Source: Dimorphilus gyrociliatus
Taxonomy: Eukaryota; Animalia; Annelida
Direction: 5' to 3'
DNA length: 64,000 bases
Assembly: GCA_904063045.1 (NCBI GenBank)
Contig: CAJFCJ010000070.1
Location: forward strand, 17,358 to 81,357
In this document: piece after piece, positions 24,675 to 38,073 of the stretch
Layout of the letters: each line of letters opens with the position of its first letter
Numbering within the stretch: position 1 is the stretch's first letter
Translations under genes and position numbers: made by a program
Notes under the pieces: generated by a model
Database searches by the model: none
What the model saw: only the letters and a program-made list of their open reading frames with translations
What the model was told of the DNA's origin: nothing

Positions 24675-27600
24675 GGATCTGGAATTTACTTTTTACCAGA
24701 AAATTGAGATAGTATTTTTCACAGATTTAATAAATCATCTTTATATATAATGATTTTGTCATTTGTAGACATATCGTACATTTAAATAACTGAATTTTTT
24801 TGTAGAATGCAGCACATTTACATTTATATTATAAGTTTGCTGAATATTTTCCACAATTTTATTATAATTCTCTTTGTATTTTTGACAACAGTCTTCTTCA
24901 AATCTATTTTTCTGTGTAAATATTATGCAATTTCTTTTCAAATCTGTAATACATGAGTATTCTCATGATTATTATTGTCACAATATATATTGAAGTCTTC
25001 ATAAAAAATGTGTTATATTGCTTCGAAGAATATTTTTGAAAATATGATCATCAAGATGCTTTTCAACTTGATACATCTTTGGCATGTATAGTAATCATTT
25101 TTTTGCCACATATATCAAACAAATTGTGAGGTTTCATTATGTAAATGGATCAAATAATCTTGCAAACTTTTCAACTGATTTTCATTTGAAATGGAACATG
25201 AATTATTCTTTAGGAATTTTCTCCTCTAAGTTTATCTTGAATTGAATTTCAAATCCAACTGGAAGTGGTCACTGAATGTTATGTTGTAATAAACTGTTCC
25301 ACTATTTCTAATTATAGCTTTTTCCGTCAGTTCCATATATGTATAACTTTATATATATAAATTAGCTTTTTTTATAGAGCATTTTTGTTTATCATTATTG
25401 TTAATTGTTTATTTTTAAATTTATACAGTTGGTTATTGATAGAGATTCCAAATTGAACATGGCACAAGAGAATGTCAGCTTTGCTGTCATTTATTTAATA
25501 ATAAAAAATGTTTGGATTATAAAGGTTTGTTTAAGTTTTTTGTCACTATCCTTCCTTACAAATATGTTTTTATATTTTTTCACAGATCAATCATTTTATT
25601 GTAACATTTGCTGTGACATATCAATGAAGAAATGCATTGTTGCACTTCAAAGGCTACTTCTAGTGCATCTGCTAATGAAGAAATAAGACAAACACCAAAT
25701 TTTGATACAGCAAATAATAGAAATGAGCAAACTATTGTTTGTGAAAATCATTGTGGAAATTCAAGTGGAAATGATACAAATGGCAGTATTATGGAATCAC
25801 ACAATGTTTTAGTTGAAGATCTTCCAGCTCAGCAAAATAATATGATGGAAGTTTCATTTATAGTTTCTCCAAAATCAGATTGTGAGAAAGAAAGTTATTC
25901 ATTTAAAATCTTAAAGGGAATGAGCCAGAAAGGAAAAGATTTGCTACTTTTCAACAATTTCTGCTACAATATTAAAGAAAAAAGAAACAAGACAACTTCT
26001 GGATATGCAGTGTTAGGAACAAAAGAAACAAATGTTCAGCAACAGTTAGTCAGCATGGGAACAGTTTTTATCCTGGAAAGTTATCCATTCTCATGAAAGA
26101 GTACCTGATTTGGAACAAAAAATAATGATTAGGAATGAACTAAAAAATGCTTGTAATAAAGATATCAGTAGTTCAGGAAAACGTTTAGCTGAAGATGTTC
26201 TGGTGAAACATTGTAGTTCTGGTGAAGTTATTCCATCTCTAGATAATTGTACAAGACTGGCAAACTGGACAAGAAAGAAGTTTAGACCAGCTGAACCTCA
26301 AAGTATTCACTTCAACTTGGCTAAAACTTTTATTCCTGATGATTTTTTACAATGGATATACAAATGGAGAATGATAGAATACTAATATTTTCAACTACAA
26401 AGCAAATTGAATTATTATCTAAAGGCAAAATATGGTTTATGGATGGCACATTTAAATGTGTGAAAGACCCTTTTTATCAACTTTTTTCTATTCATGGATT
26501 TATAAAAAAAATGGAGAAATAAAACAAATTCCAATGGCTTTTGCTTTTATGGGATCTAAGAGAAAGACAGCCTACAAGAAATTATTTAAGGTACAATAAT
26601 TTTGCATTTTAAATTGAATAATCTAATTTGTTAAATTAACAGGCAATACAAGATTTAACAAATGGGCATAGCCCCAAAAAAGTTGTTGTAGACTTTGAAA
26701 AAGCTATTTGGAAAGCACTATCATTCACTTATCCTGAAGCAAACATTAAAGGGTGTGTTTTTCACTGGACACAGGCAATATACAGAAAGATTCAAGTAAT
26801 ACTTTAATTTAGTATTTGAGGTCTAGATAGAACTGACATATTTATTTCCAGGAATTAGGATTATGTAAGATGTACAAGGAGAAAAAAGCTGAATATAGAA
26901 TCATGAAGAAATTAATGGCATTACCATTCCTGCCCTCTGATCTGATAGAACCAACATTTAAGACTATTAAAGAAATAAGTCCTATTGAAATGAAGTCTCT
27001 ATTGGAGTACATTGAGACACAATGGATAAATGGATTTTATAAACCAGAGGTATGGTCTGTTTATGGTGAGGCTATAAGGACAAATAATGATCTTGAAGGA
27101 TGGCATCACAGGCTTAACAAGAATCTTTGCTCTAACACTGCATTCTATTTGCTTTTAGATGAACTGAAAAGAGAAGCTGATCTGATAAAGCTATATAAAA
27201 AATTACTGAGTGAAAAGAAAATTTGTAGACAGCAAAGAAAAGCATATCAGAATATTCAGAGCAAAATATTCAGCTTATGGGAACAATTTGAAATTGCCTC
27301 AATTACCTCCCTGGACTTACTTGATAAAGCTTCTGACATTTATTCACCAGTTTAAAATACCTTTATTCTTTAATGTTGTTACACTGTTGTCAATCATTCT
27401 TGTTATATTGCTTCTTTTTACTTAATCAATATATTAATATTTAAATATTTGTAATTCTTATTATTCATTTTTTCCTGTCAAATTGCTCTAAAAACTCCAT
27501 CTATCAAATATCTTATATCTTACTTTGAAGTTTTATAATGGACGTTTTCTCCAGTGGACGTTTTCTCCAAGCAGTGGACGTTTTCTCCAAACAGTGGACG

Positions 27601-29188
27601 TTTTCTCCAGTGGACGTTTTCTCCTGTACCCGTTGTAATAAACTGTTCCACTATTTCTAATTATAGCTTTTTCCAAGTCAGTTCCATATATGTATAACCT
27701 TTAATATCAATAATAAGAGAAATTACTAAACAAATTACTATTATACCTGTCATATATTTCTGTTTTAATTTGATTGGTATTGATCTTTGGGGTACATAAA
27801 GTAAATCCTTTTGGTACATTTGGCTCATGTGAAAGATATTGTTCAGACCAATTAAGATCTCCACCAATAATCAAATTTTTAAAATGCTGAAAAAAAATTA
27901 CAATTTACTGTTTGAAAATAGTATGGAATGACCTAATATTTTTTTCCCAAGAGAATCACAACCTCATCATCATATTTTGCTGTTATATCTTTTGACAATT
28001 TGAAAAGAGTCTCTATCTCTTCAGCTGTTGAAGGGTAACAATAAAATATCTTTTCAATTCGATTACTTGTTGCTTTCTTATTAGGACTAGTATGCAAAGA
28101 AATAAAGGTAAATGTATCCAATTCACAATATTTTGTTTGAAAAGAAACAATAAGTGGTGGTCGAAAAAATTGATGCATCAACATTTTATGATTTTCTTTT
28201 TCAGTCTCCCATGTTTTTGCACAATCCAAATCTTTACTGTCAGTGTTGCAAATATTAACAAAATATTTTGTATTGTAAAGATAAGCAGAGTTTTCATTGT
28301 GGAATTTTCCGCCAATTATTATGTAATATGGACATTGATTTTTCTCATTTAGCTGTTTATTTAAATTTTTCAATATTTCTCCATAATCTGCAGGGCTGAC
28401 TGGCAATTCTTGTAAGGCAAGCAAATCAAAATTTTGTATGAGCTGAAAGAAATTCTAAATTGTGATGAAAATACCAAAAGAAATGTCTAATACTTTTGAA
28501 ATTTCTTGCTCAATCTTTCCCTTTTTAATATTAAATGTTCCAATTCTTATATTCCGAACTCTATCCAATTTTTCCTCCAAAGTTGCATTCATGCTTGTAT
28601 CTTGATTCCATTCAATGATCAATTGAGACTTTTCGAAATCACATTTGCCATCCTTTGAAACATCTGTTTAAATGTATAAAGAAATGTTTTCTTCATTTCT
28701 TGATTTTTTAAAATAAAGGTATTGTATATATATTTTTACTATAAGTTAAAAGTCCTGGTTTCTCCTCATTTCCTTTAAAGTCACGTGGAAAAATGGTAAT
28801 TTTTCTTTTTTCTAAGTTGAGATTTATTGTTTTCAAATGAAATATTCCTTTTTCTTTATCCCAATCGCTGTATAATTTAATAGTTTGTTGTGTGTCTCCA
28901 ACCTATATAAATTTAATGGAATAGAATAAATAAAATTTTTACAATAAAAATATTTGTTGTTAATATAAAGAATATTACATTGTCCACCAGTCGTGGGTAG
29001 AAAAATACTCCATTAGGATGATCCTCAGTAGCTATATCCAAGGATTTGACAGTTCTGTCTGACCTTTGATGAAGCAGTAGTTTTATTGGTATTTTTATTT
29101 TACATTTAAAGTGCACAGAATCTAATTTTAAATCACGAGTTCCTGCTGTCAATTCATCAGTTTCTTTATCATTAGATTCCGTAGCCAT
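24675..29188 (-). pseudogene. DNase I-family copy 3 (inverted), exon 6 interrupted by a left-truncated MULE
   Basis: Exons 1-5 and the start of exon 6 lie at 29188-27632. The C-terminal part at 25351-24675 is indel-rich. Confidence 0.8.
25352..27631 (+). mobile_element. MULE copy lacking the left TIR and first ~410 bp
   Basis: Matches ~33425-35758. The right TIR and GTTGTAATA target copy (27632-27640) are identical to those of the full element. Confidence 0.85.
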
Positions 29189-29574
29189 TTTTATTTGTGC
29201 TTTGCAAATACAGCTCCCAGTTTGTGTATATTATTAATGTAGATTAGTCATTGTTAAAAAAGTGGTGACAATAGCCATGGCTCTCAAGTTTCAGCTTATG
29301 TAGCCAAGACAAATCATTGTAATTGTTGATTGAGTAATTTTATTGAAATTGTTAAAAAAATCACTTTTTATATATTCTTATTGCAACACAAATTGATTTG
29401 TTCAGTATAACCACCTTCCATGAATTTAAGAAAAGAGTGGTTATAACTTGTCAAAAACCACATGACAGTATTGATAATCATAATAATAATAGTATCTAAA
29501 CTAGCATAGATTTAATTAATTTAAATAAATAACTAAAACCAAGTTACATAATGTACTGTTGGCTAACCCTGTTG

Positions 29575-29806
29575 AATTCCAATTGCTCTGTACGCCAGAG
29601 ACTCTTGGAGCTTTTTCATTTCTATTATAGAAAGTTTATACAAGATTTGCAAGATGGCTAAACTTCTGTATACAATAATGAAACCAAATGGGAAAAAGGA
29701 TAAATTACAATGCACTGAGGAAGCCAAACAATCATTCTTCAAATTAAGAGATGCTGTAGTTAAGCCCCATGTATTACAACTTCCTGATTTTAGTAGAAAC
29801 AACTGA
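29575..29806 (+). mobile_element. Ty3/Gypsy pol fragment (RT-RNase H connection), duplicate of 37701-37937
   Basis: Collinear with 37701-37937, with a few indels. Confidence 0.7.
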
Positions 29807-29938
29807 ATGCCAATTGTCCAATTGACACATTTTGACTGTTTAAATATGCATTATTCCTTTTGCCATTTTTTCAATTTCCCCTCTGCTAACAATTTTTTAA
29901 GGTAAAAAAGCTCTTTAATGTTTTACTAATCAACTTTT

Positions 29939-31112
29939 TCATTTTTTAACATCAATTGTTGAAATTTTTTTCTATTAAAATATGAAAAAAAGAAATCAAC
30001 ACATTCAATTGTATCAGAGACTTGAAAAAGTTCTATACACATTTCTTCTGCCCCATTTTTGTCAAAATCACCTAAATTAACTTTTTTAATTTTTGAACAG
30101 TTTTTCAGTAAATTTCCAAAATAATCAATTTGTCTCTGTTTAAATTACACAGTTGAAAACTAATTATCTTCAAAGCTTTTGAAATTGGTTAAGTCCATTG
30201 CAAATTCTGAAAAATCCATTTCCCATATTACTATTATAATTTAAATTGATTTGTTCAATTTTAGAACATTTGCCAAGTAATTTTCCAATCATTATACATC
30301 TTTCTTCATTTAAATAACAATTTTCAAAATTGATATTTTTTAATGTTTTTGATGATTTTGTAAGTCCTTTACAAATCATCTAATGCAATTCCCATATCAT
30401 TATTACCTAAATTAACTTTTTCAAGATTTTTGCAATTTTCAAATAATTTGCTATCAGTTTACTATCTTCTTTATTTAAACTGCAATATCTAAGAGACACA
30501 CATTTCAAGGTTTTTGATGATTTTAAAAGTTCATTGCAAAAATAATCTAATTGATTTTTGTTTCTGTGATACTCATATAAATCAATTGTCTCTATTTCAG
30601 AGCAATGTTTTAATAAATCTCCTAATACTTTGAATAGACCTTCAAATGGACAGATTGAAAATGAAATATTTTTCAATGATTTACATGATGGTAAAAGTCC
30701 ATTACAAATATCTTGAGCTCCTTTTACTGAACATTTCTCTAAGCCAGCTTTGATTATTTCTATATTTGAAAAGTGTTTTTTGAGTATATATCCAAATTTT
30801 TCACATTGCTTATCAGTCAAGTTACAGTGTTTAATATCAATCATTTTCAAAGTTGACTTTGAACGAATAAGTCCTCTACATGTTTGTAAGATTCTTGCCC
30901 CATGTTTTTTTTCTGTCTTATTTTGATGGTTTCTATTGAATCACAAAGTCCTAATAATTTCTTAATAGATTCACAATTTTATTTGTCAATTTGCAAGAAA
31001 TAAATTCAATATGTTTTAAAGTATTTTTTGACTTAGCAATACCAGATAGAATATTTTCAAATTTGTCCAACATATCATTTCTATTTCCTGATTTCCAGAG
31101 TATACTTGTCAT
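29939..31112 (-). pseudogene. Duplicate of the RI-type LRR gene at 38074-39255, broken by 1-bp indels (may be consensus errors)
   Basis: ORFs 30407-30850 and 30170-30379 reproduce segments of the 393-aa protein. Confidence 0.75.
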
Positions 31113-33011
31113 GTTTTTTGGTTTTTAACTAATAGCCATGGATTTAGGAAAACATGGTTATAGTTTAAAACCACATGACAATTATTATTATATAAAATTA
31201 AACCTCTTATCACTTCATTCCAATCAGCTAATCTTATGTCATAGACTTCAGATTTAAACGAACTTTAGAATAGCTTCTATTTCATACAACTTAGAATGAT
31301 AGAATTAAAGAAGTAATTCTAATTTCATAAGCAATAGATTCTTTAACCATAATTGATGGAGCTACTATGGAATTGGCAAAGGAACAAAGAACAAAAGGAT
31401 TCTTCATTTTTTTGTTTATTGAAGTTCTAAACCATAATTTATTCAATGTATAGGCATAATTTTGTATAGATTTTATTGCAATGGACAACAAAAACACTGT
31501 AGATTTTTGACAAAATATCTACATTTAATTTCTTTTGAAATACTGCTGTAGTTTCAAATTACATAAGTATCAGTGCTCCATCTAACGGAAGATGTAATTA
31601 ATCTAATTCTAGTAGTGTGAAATAGATATAGGACATTTAAAAAGTAGTTGAGGATTTTTTCTTCATGTGTTTTAAATGGGGAATGTTCTATCTTTCTTCA
31701 TTGACTGCAACGACATCTGTATATGAATTATTATACAAAAATATTCCAATATTTTCTAATAAATATACAGTGTCCATGCCACCTGTGTGAAAGAAAACCA
31801 TGTCTTCTACTTTTGGTTTTGATAGATCTCAAATAAAATGACTGCTAAGAGTTTAATTGAAATTACTCTGTTGAAATGAAACAGTCTCATAATGCATGAA
31901 CAACAAAAACATGAAAACTGTTATATCACACATGGTTAGCATGTGGCACTTCAAAAGCAAACCTGCCTCTTCCATATCTGTTTTTGAAAAAGATGTAACA
32001 ACTTTGACATGCATTTTTCTATATTGTTTGTTCCTTTGTTAATTCCAAAGTGGCACCATCTGTTATGGTCAAAGAATCTATTTCCTGCGAAATAAATGAC
32101 TTTCTAAAGTCCCACAACTAAAATTTCTATGAAATAAAAATCTTTCTAAACTTCCACCATTATAATTTCTAGGAAATAAAAGCTTTTTCAATGTTCCACC
32201 ATTTTAATGGCTACAAAAGAAAAGTCTTTCTAAAGTTCTATCATATCTAAGGTCTAAATATCATTATGCCATTATTTCCAAGTGCACATTTTCAAACAAT
32301 TGAAAAAGATTTACATAAAATGAATCAGAAAAGTGACTTTTAGTCAGTTAGTCATTGTTCAGTGATAATAAGGATCTGGAATTTCACTTTTTACCAGAAA
32401 TTGAGATAGTACTTTTTCACAGATTTAATAAAATCATCTTTATATATAATGATTTTGTCATTTGTAGACATATCGTAACATTTAAATAACTGAAATTTTT
32501 CATTGTAGAATGCAGCACATTTACATTTATATTTATAAGTTTGCTGAATATTTTCCACAAATTTTATTATAAATTCCTCTTTGTATTTTTGACAACAGTC
32601 TTCTTCAAATCTATTTTCTTCTGTGTAAAATATTATGCAATTTCTTTTCAAATCTGTAATACATGAGTATTCTCCATGATTATTATTGTCCACAATATAT
32701 ATTGAAGTCTTCATAAAAAATGTGTTATAATTGCTTCGAAGAATATTTTTGAAAATATGATCATCAAGATGCTTTTCAACTTGATACATCTTTGGCCATG
32801 TATAGTAATCATTTTTTTGCCACATATCATCAAACAAATTGTGAGGTTTCATTATGTAAAATGGATCAAAATAATCTTGCAAACTTTTCAACTGATTTTC
32901 ACTTTGAAATGGAACATGAATTATTCCTTTAGGAATTTTCTCCTCTAAGTTTATCTTGAATTGAATTTCAAATCCAACTGGAAAGTGGTCACTGAATGTT
33001 ATGTTGTAATA

Positions 33012-35758
33012 GAATTATGGAGAAAACGTCCACTGGAGAAAACGTCCACTGGAGAAAACGTCCACTGATTGGAGAAAACGTCCACTGGTTGGAGAAAACG
33101 TCCACTGGAGAAAACGTCCACTATGTGAAGAATATATTAAAAAATACTTTTTCAAATTTAAATTTTTATTATTGATTTTGAGATATATCCAATACATTCC
33201 CATAATGCAATCACTTTTGGTAGCCATTTTGAAATCCAGACAGGAAACAGTTCTGGGATCTTCTATGTTTTTCATGGAAAGTGAATATTGTGCATATTTC
33301 ATCTACAATTTTTCAGAATTTTTTGCAGTTTGAAATATATTTCACTATTGAAAACCATCAGACAAAACACAAACTTTAGAATTGATATCAGTAAGTTATA
33401 GAATATTGTGTTGAAATGATTTATTTATAAATTAGCTTTATTTTTATAGCAGCCATTTTGTTTATCATTATTGTTAATTGTTTAATTTTTAAATTTATAC
33501 AGTTGGTTATTGATAGAGATTCCAAATTGAACATGGCACCAATTTGTTACATTTGTGAAGAGAGAATATATGGAAGACAAAATCAAGAGAAATGTCAGCT
33601 TTGCTGTCATTTATTTAAAATACATAAAAAATGTTTGGATTATAAAGGTTTGTTTAAGTTTTTTGTCACTATCCTTCCTTACAAATATGTTTTTATATTT
33701 TTTCACAGATCAATCATTTTATTGTAACATTTGCTGTGACATATCAATGAAGAAATGCATTGTTGCACTTCAAAGGCTACCTTCTAGTGCATCTGCTAAT
33801 GAAGAAATAAGACAAACACCAAATTTTGATACAGCAAATAATAGAAATGAGCAAACTATTGTTTGTGAAAATCATTGTGGAAATTCAAGTGGAAATGATA
33901 CAAATGGCAGTATTATGGAATCACACAATGTTTTAGTTGAAGATCTTCCAGCTCAGCAAAATAATATGATGGAAGTTTCATTTATAGTTTCTCCAAAATC
34001 AGATTGTGAGAAAGAAAGTTATTCATTTAAAATCTTAAAGGGAATGAGCCAGAAAGGAAAGATTTGCTACTTTTCAACAATTTCTGCTACAATATTAAAG
34101 AAAAAAGAAACAAGACAACATTCTGGATATGCAGTGTTAGGAACAAAAGAAACAAATGTTCAGCAACAGTTAGTCAGCATGGGAACAGATTTTATCCTGG
34201 AAAGTTATCCCATTCTCATGAAAGAGTACCTGATTTGGAACAAAAAATAATGATTAGGAATGAACTAAAAAATGCTTGTAATAAAGATATCAGTAGTTCA
34301 GGAAAACGTTTAGCTGAAGATGTTCTGGTGAAACATTGTAGTTCTGGTGAAGTTATTCCATCTCTAGATAATTGTACAAGACTGGCAAACTGGACAAGAA
34401 AGAAGTTTAGACCAGCTGAACCTCAAAGTATTCACTTCAACTTGGCTAAAACTTTTATTCCTGATGATTTTTTACAAATGGATATACAAATGGAGAATGA
34501 TAGAATACTAATATTTTCAACTACAAAGCAAATTGAATTATTATCTAAAGGCAAAATATGGTTTATGGATGGCACATTTAAATGTGTGAAAGACCCTTTT
34601 TATCAACTTTTTTCTATTCATGGATTTATAAAAAAAAATGGAGAAATAAAACAAATTCCAATGGCTTTTGCTTTTATGGGATCTAAGAGAAAGACAGCCT
34701 ACAAGAAATTATTTAAGGTACAATAATTTTGCATTTTAAATTGAATAATCTAATTTGTTAAATTAACAGGCAATACAAGATTTAACAAATGGGCATAGCC
34801 CCAAAAAAGTTGTTGTAGACTTTGAAAAAGCTATTTGGAAAGCACTATCATTCACTTATCCTGAAGCAAACATTAAAGGGTGTGTTTTTCACTGGACACA
34901 GGCAATATACAGAAAGATTCAAGTAATACTTTAATTTAGTATTTGAGGTCTAGATAGAACTGACATATTTATTTCCAGGAATTAGGATTATGTAAGATGT
35001 ACAAGGAGAAAAAAGCTGAATATAGAATCATGAAGAAATTAATGGCATTACCATTCCTGCCCTCTGATCTGATAGAACCAACATTTAAGACTATTAAAGA
35101 AATAAGTCCTATTGAAATGAAGTCTCTATTGGAGTACATTGAGACACAATGGATAAATGGATTTTATAAACCAGAGGTATGGTCTGTTTATGGTGAGGCT
35201 ATAAGGACAAATAATGATCTTGAAGGATGGCATCACAGGCTTAACAAGAATCTTTGCTCTAACACTGCATTCTATTTGCTTTTAGATGAACTGAAAAGAG
35301 AAGCTGATCTGATAAAGCTATATAAAAAATTACTGAGTGAAAAGAAAATTTGTAGACAGCAAAGAAAAGCATATCAGAATATTCAGAGCAAAATATTCAG
35401 CTTATGGGAACAATTTGAAATTGCCTCAATTACCTCCCTGGACTTACTTGATAAAGCTTCTGACATTTATTCACCAGTTTAAAATACCTTTATTCTTTAA
35501 TGTTGTTACACTGTTGTCAATCATTCTTGTTATATTGCTTCTTTTTACTTAATCAATATATTAATATTTAAATATTTGTAATTCTTATTATTCATTTTTT
35601 CCTGTCAAATTGCTCTAAAAACTCCATCTATCAAATATCTTATATCTTACTTTGAAGTTTTATAATGGACGTTTTCTCCAGTGGACGTTTTCTCCAAGCA
35701 GTGGACGTTTTCTCCAAACAGTGGACGTTTTCTCCAGTGGACGTTTTCTCCTGTACCC
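33012..35758 (+). mobile_element. Full-length Mutator-like (MULE/Phantom-type) DNA transposon, 2747 bp, 9-bp TSD, TIRs built of tandem 16-bp units
   Basis: TSD GTTGTAATA at 33003-33011 and 35759-35767; the empty site reads atgttgtaataaactg at 25281 and, in reverse, in copies 1 and 2. Six GGAGAAAACGTCCACT units on the left (33019-33122) and five inverted units on the right. Confidence 0.95.
33533..35482 (+). CDS. PHD-finger + FLYWCH + MULE DDE transposase; exons 33533-33647, 33709-34717, 34770-34922, 34979-35482 (~593 aa after one correction)
   Basis: CYIC..CQLC..H..C..CNIC (PHD C4HC3); FWICSVRNKRNKCSATV..HSH (FLYWCH); FMDGTF, VDFEKA, GCVFHW, RTNNDLEGWH (D, D, CxxH, E). One A is missing near 34060; it is present in the 25.9 kb copy (AAA GGA AAA GAT). 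Confidence 0.85.
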
Positions 35759-37700
35759 GTTGTAATAAACTGTTCCACTATTTCTAATTATAGCTTTTTC
35801 CAAGTCAGTTCCATATATGTATAACCTTTAATATCAATAATAAGAGAAATTACTAAACAAATTACTATTATACCTGTCATATATTTCTGTTTTAATTTGA
35901 TTGGTATTGATCTTTGGGGTACGTAAAGTAAATTCTTCTGGTACATTTGGCTCATCTAAAAGATATTGTTCAGACCAATTAAGATCTCCACCAATAATCA
36001 AATTTTTAAAATGCTGAAAAAAAATTACAATTTACTGTTTGAAAATAGTATGGAATGACCTAATATTTTTTTCCCAAGAGAATCACAACCTCATCATCAT
36101 ATTTTGCTGTTATATCTTTTGACAATTTGAAAAGAGTCTCTATCTCTTCAGCTGTTGAAGGGTAACAATAAAATATCTTTTCAATTCGATTACTTGTTGC
36201 TTTCTTATTAGGACTAGTATGCAAAGAAATAAAGGTAAATGTATCCAATTCACAATATTTTGTTTGAAAAGAAACAATAAGTGGTGGTCGAAAAAATTGA
36301 TGCATCAACATTTTATGATTTTCTTTTTCAGTCTCCCATGTTTTTGCACAATCCAAATCTTTACTGTCAGTGTTGCAAATATTAACAAAATATTTTGTAT
36401 TGTAAAGATAAGCAGAGTTTTCATTGTGGAATTTTCCGCCAATTATTATGTAATATGGACATTGATTTTTCTCATTTAGCTGTTTATTTAAATTTTTCAA
36501 TATTTCTCCATAATCTGCAGGGCTGACTGGCAATTCTTGTAAGGCAAGCAAATCAAAATTTTGTATGAGCTGAAAGAAATTCTAAATTGTGATGAAAATA
36601 CCAAAAGAAATGTCTAATACTTTTGAAATTTCTTGCTCAATCTTTCCCTTTTTAATATTAAATGTTCCAATTCTTATATTCCGAACTCTATCCAATTTTT
36701 CCTCCAAAGTTGCATTCATGCTTGTATCTTGATTCCATTCAATGATCAATTGAGACTTTTCGAAATCACATTTGCCATCCTTTGAAACATCTGTTTAAAT
36801 GTATAAAGAAATGTTTTCTTCATTTCTTGATTTTTTAAAATAAAGGTATTGTATATATATTTTTACTATAAGTTAAAAGTCCTGGTTTCTCCTCATTTCC
36901 TTTAAAGTCACGTGGAAAAATGGTAATTTTTCTTTTTTCTAAGTTGAGATTTATTGTTTTCAAATGAAATATTCCTTTTTCTTTATCCCAATCGCTGTAT
37001 AATTTAATAGTTTGTTGTGTGTCTCCAACCTATATAAATTTAATGGAATAGAATAAATAAAATTTTTACAATAAAAATATTTGTTGTTAATATAAAGAAT
37101 ATTACATTGTCCACCAGTCGTGGGTAGAAAAATACTCCATTAGGATGATCCTCAGTAGCTATATCCAAGGATTTGACAGTTCTGTCTGACCTTTGATGAA
37201 GCAGTAGTTTTATTGGTATTTTTATTTTACATTTAAAGTGCACAGAATCTAATTTTAAATCACGAGTTCCTGCTGTCAATTCATCAGTTTCTTTATCATT
37301 AGATTCCGTAGCCATTTTTATTTGTGCTTTGCAAATACAGCTCCCAGTTTGTGTATATTATTAATGTAGATTAGTCATTGTTAAAAAAGTGGTGACAATA
37401 GCCATGGCTCTCAAGTTTCAGCTTATGTAGCCAAGACAAATCATTGTAATTGTTGATTGAGTAATTTTATTGAAATTGTTAAAAAAATCACTTTTTATAT
37501 ATTCTTATTGCAACACAAATTGATTTGTTCAGTATAACCACCTTCCATGAATTTAAGAAAAGAGTGGTTATAACTTGTCAAAAACCACATGACAGTATTG
37601 ATAATCATAATAATAATAGTATCTAAACTAGCATAGATTTAATTAATTTAAATAAATAACTAAAACCAAGTTACATATATGTAGCTGTTGGCTAACCCTG

Positions 37701-37937
37701 TTGAATTCCAATTGCTCTGTACGCCAGAGACTCTTGGAGCTTTTTCATTTCTATTATAGAAAGTTTATACAAGATTTTGCAAGAGTGGCTAAACTTCTGT
37801 ATACAATAATGAAACCAAATGGGAAAAAGGATAAATTACAATGCACTGAGGAAGCCAAACAATCATTCTTCAAATTAAGAGATGCTGTAGTTAAGCCCCA
37901 TGTATTACAACTTCCTGATTTTAGTAGAAACAACTGA
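37701..37937 (+). mobile_element. Ty3/Gypsy pol fragment (RT-RNase H connection region)
   Basis: FYYRKFIQDFARVAKLLYTIMKP..KLQCTEEAKQSFFKLRDAVVKPHVLQLPDFSR matches the YYRKFIPDFA..PL..W..E...AF..LK..L...PVL..PDF consensus. Confidence 0.8.
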
Positions 37938-38073
37938 ATGCCAATTGTCCAATTGACACATTTTGACTGTGTTAAATATGCATTATTCCTTTTTGCCATT
38001 TTTTTCAATTTCCCCTCTGCTAACAATTTTTTAAGGTGAAAAAAGCTCTTTAATGTTTTACTAATCAACTTTT

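Larger units (their letters stand above)
32369..37315 (-). pseudogene. DNase I-family copy 4 (inverted), exon 6 interrupted by the full-length MULE just upstream of the SDHFPV motif
   Basis: Exons 1-5 and the start of exon 6 lie at 37315-35759, the remainder at 33011-32369. The extreme 3' end is altered (…KDDFIKSVKKYYLNFW*). Confidence 0.85.

Noticed and set aside
33019-33122. Regular 16-20 bp repeats as a possible CRISPR array (also 3124-3279, 27535-27624, 35665-35751)
   Set aside because: No unique spacers (0-4 bp between units), no cas genes, eukaryotic context; they are the terminal inverted repeats of TSD-flanked MULEs.
33195-33230. MATKSD on the minus strand inside the MULE resembling the DNase start MATKSN (possible captured fragment)
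   Set aside because: Similarity is limited to ~15 nt of AT-rich sequence and does not extend.
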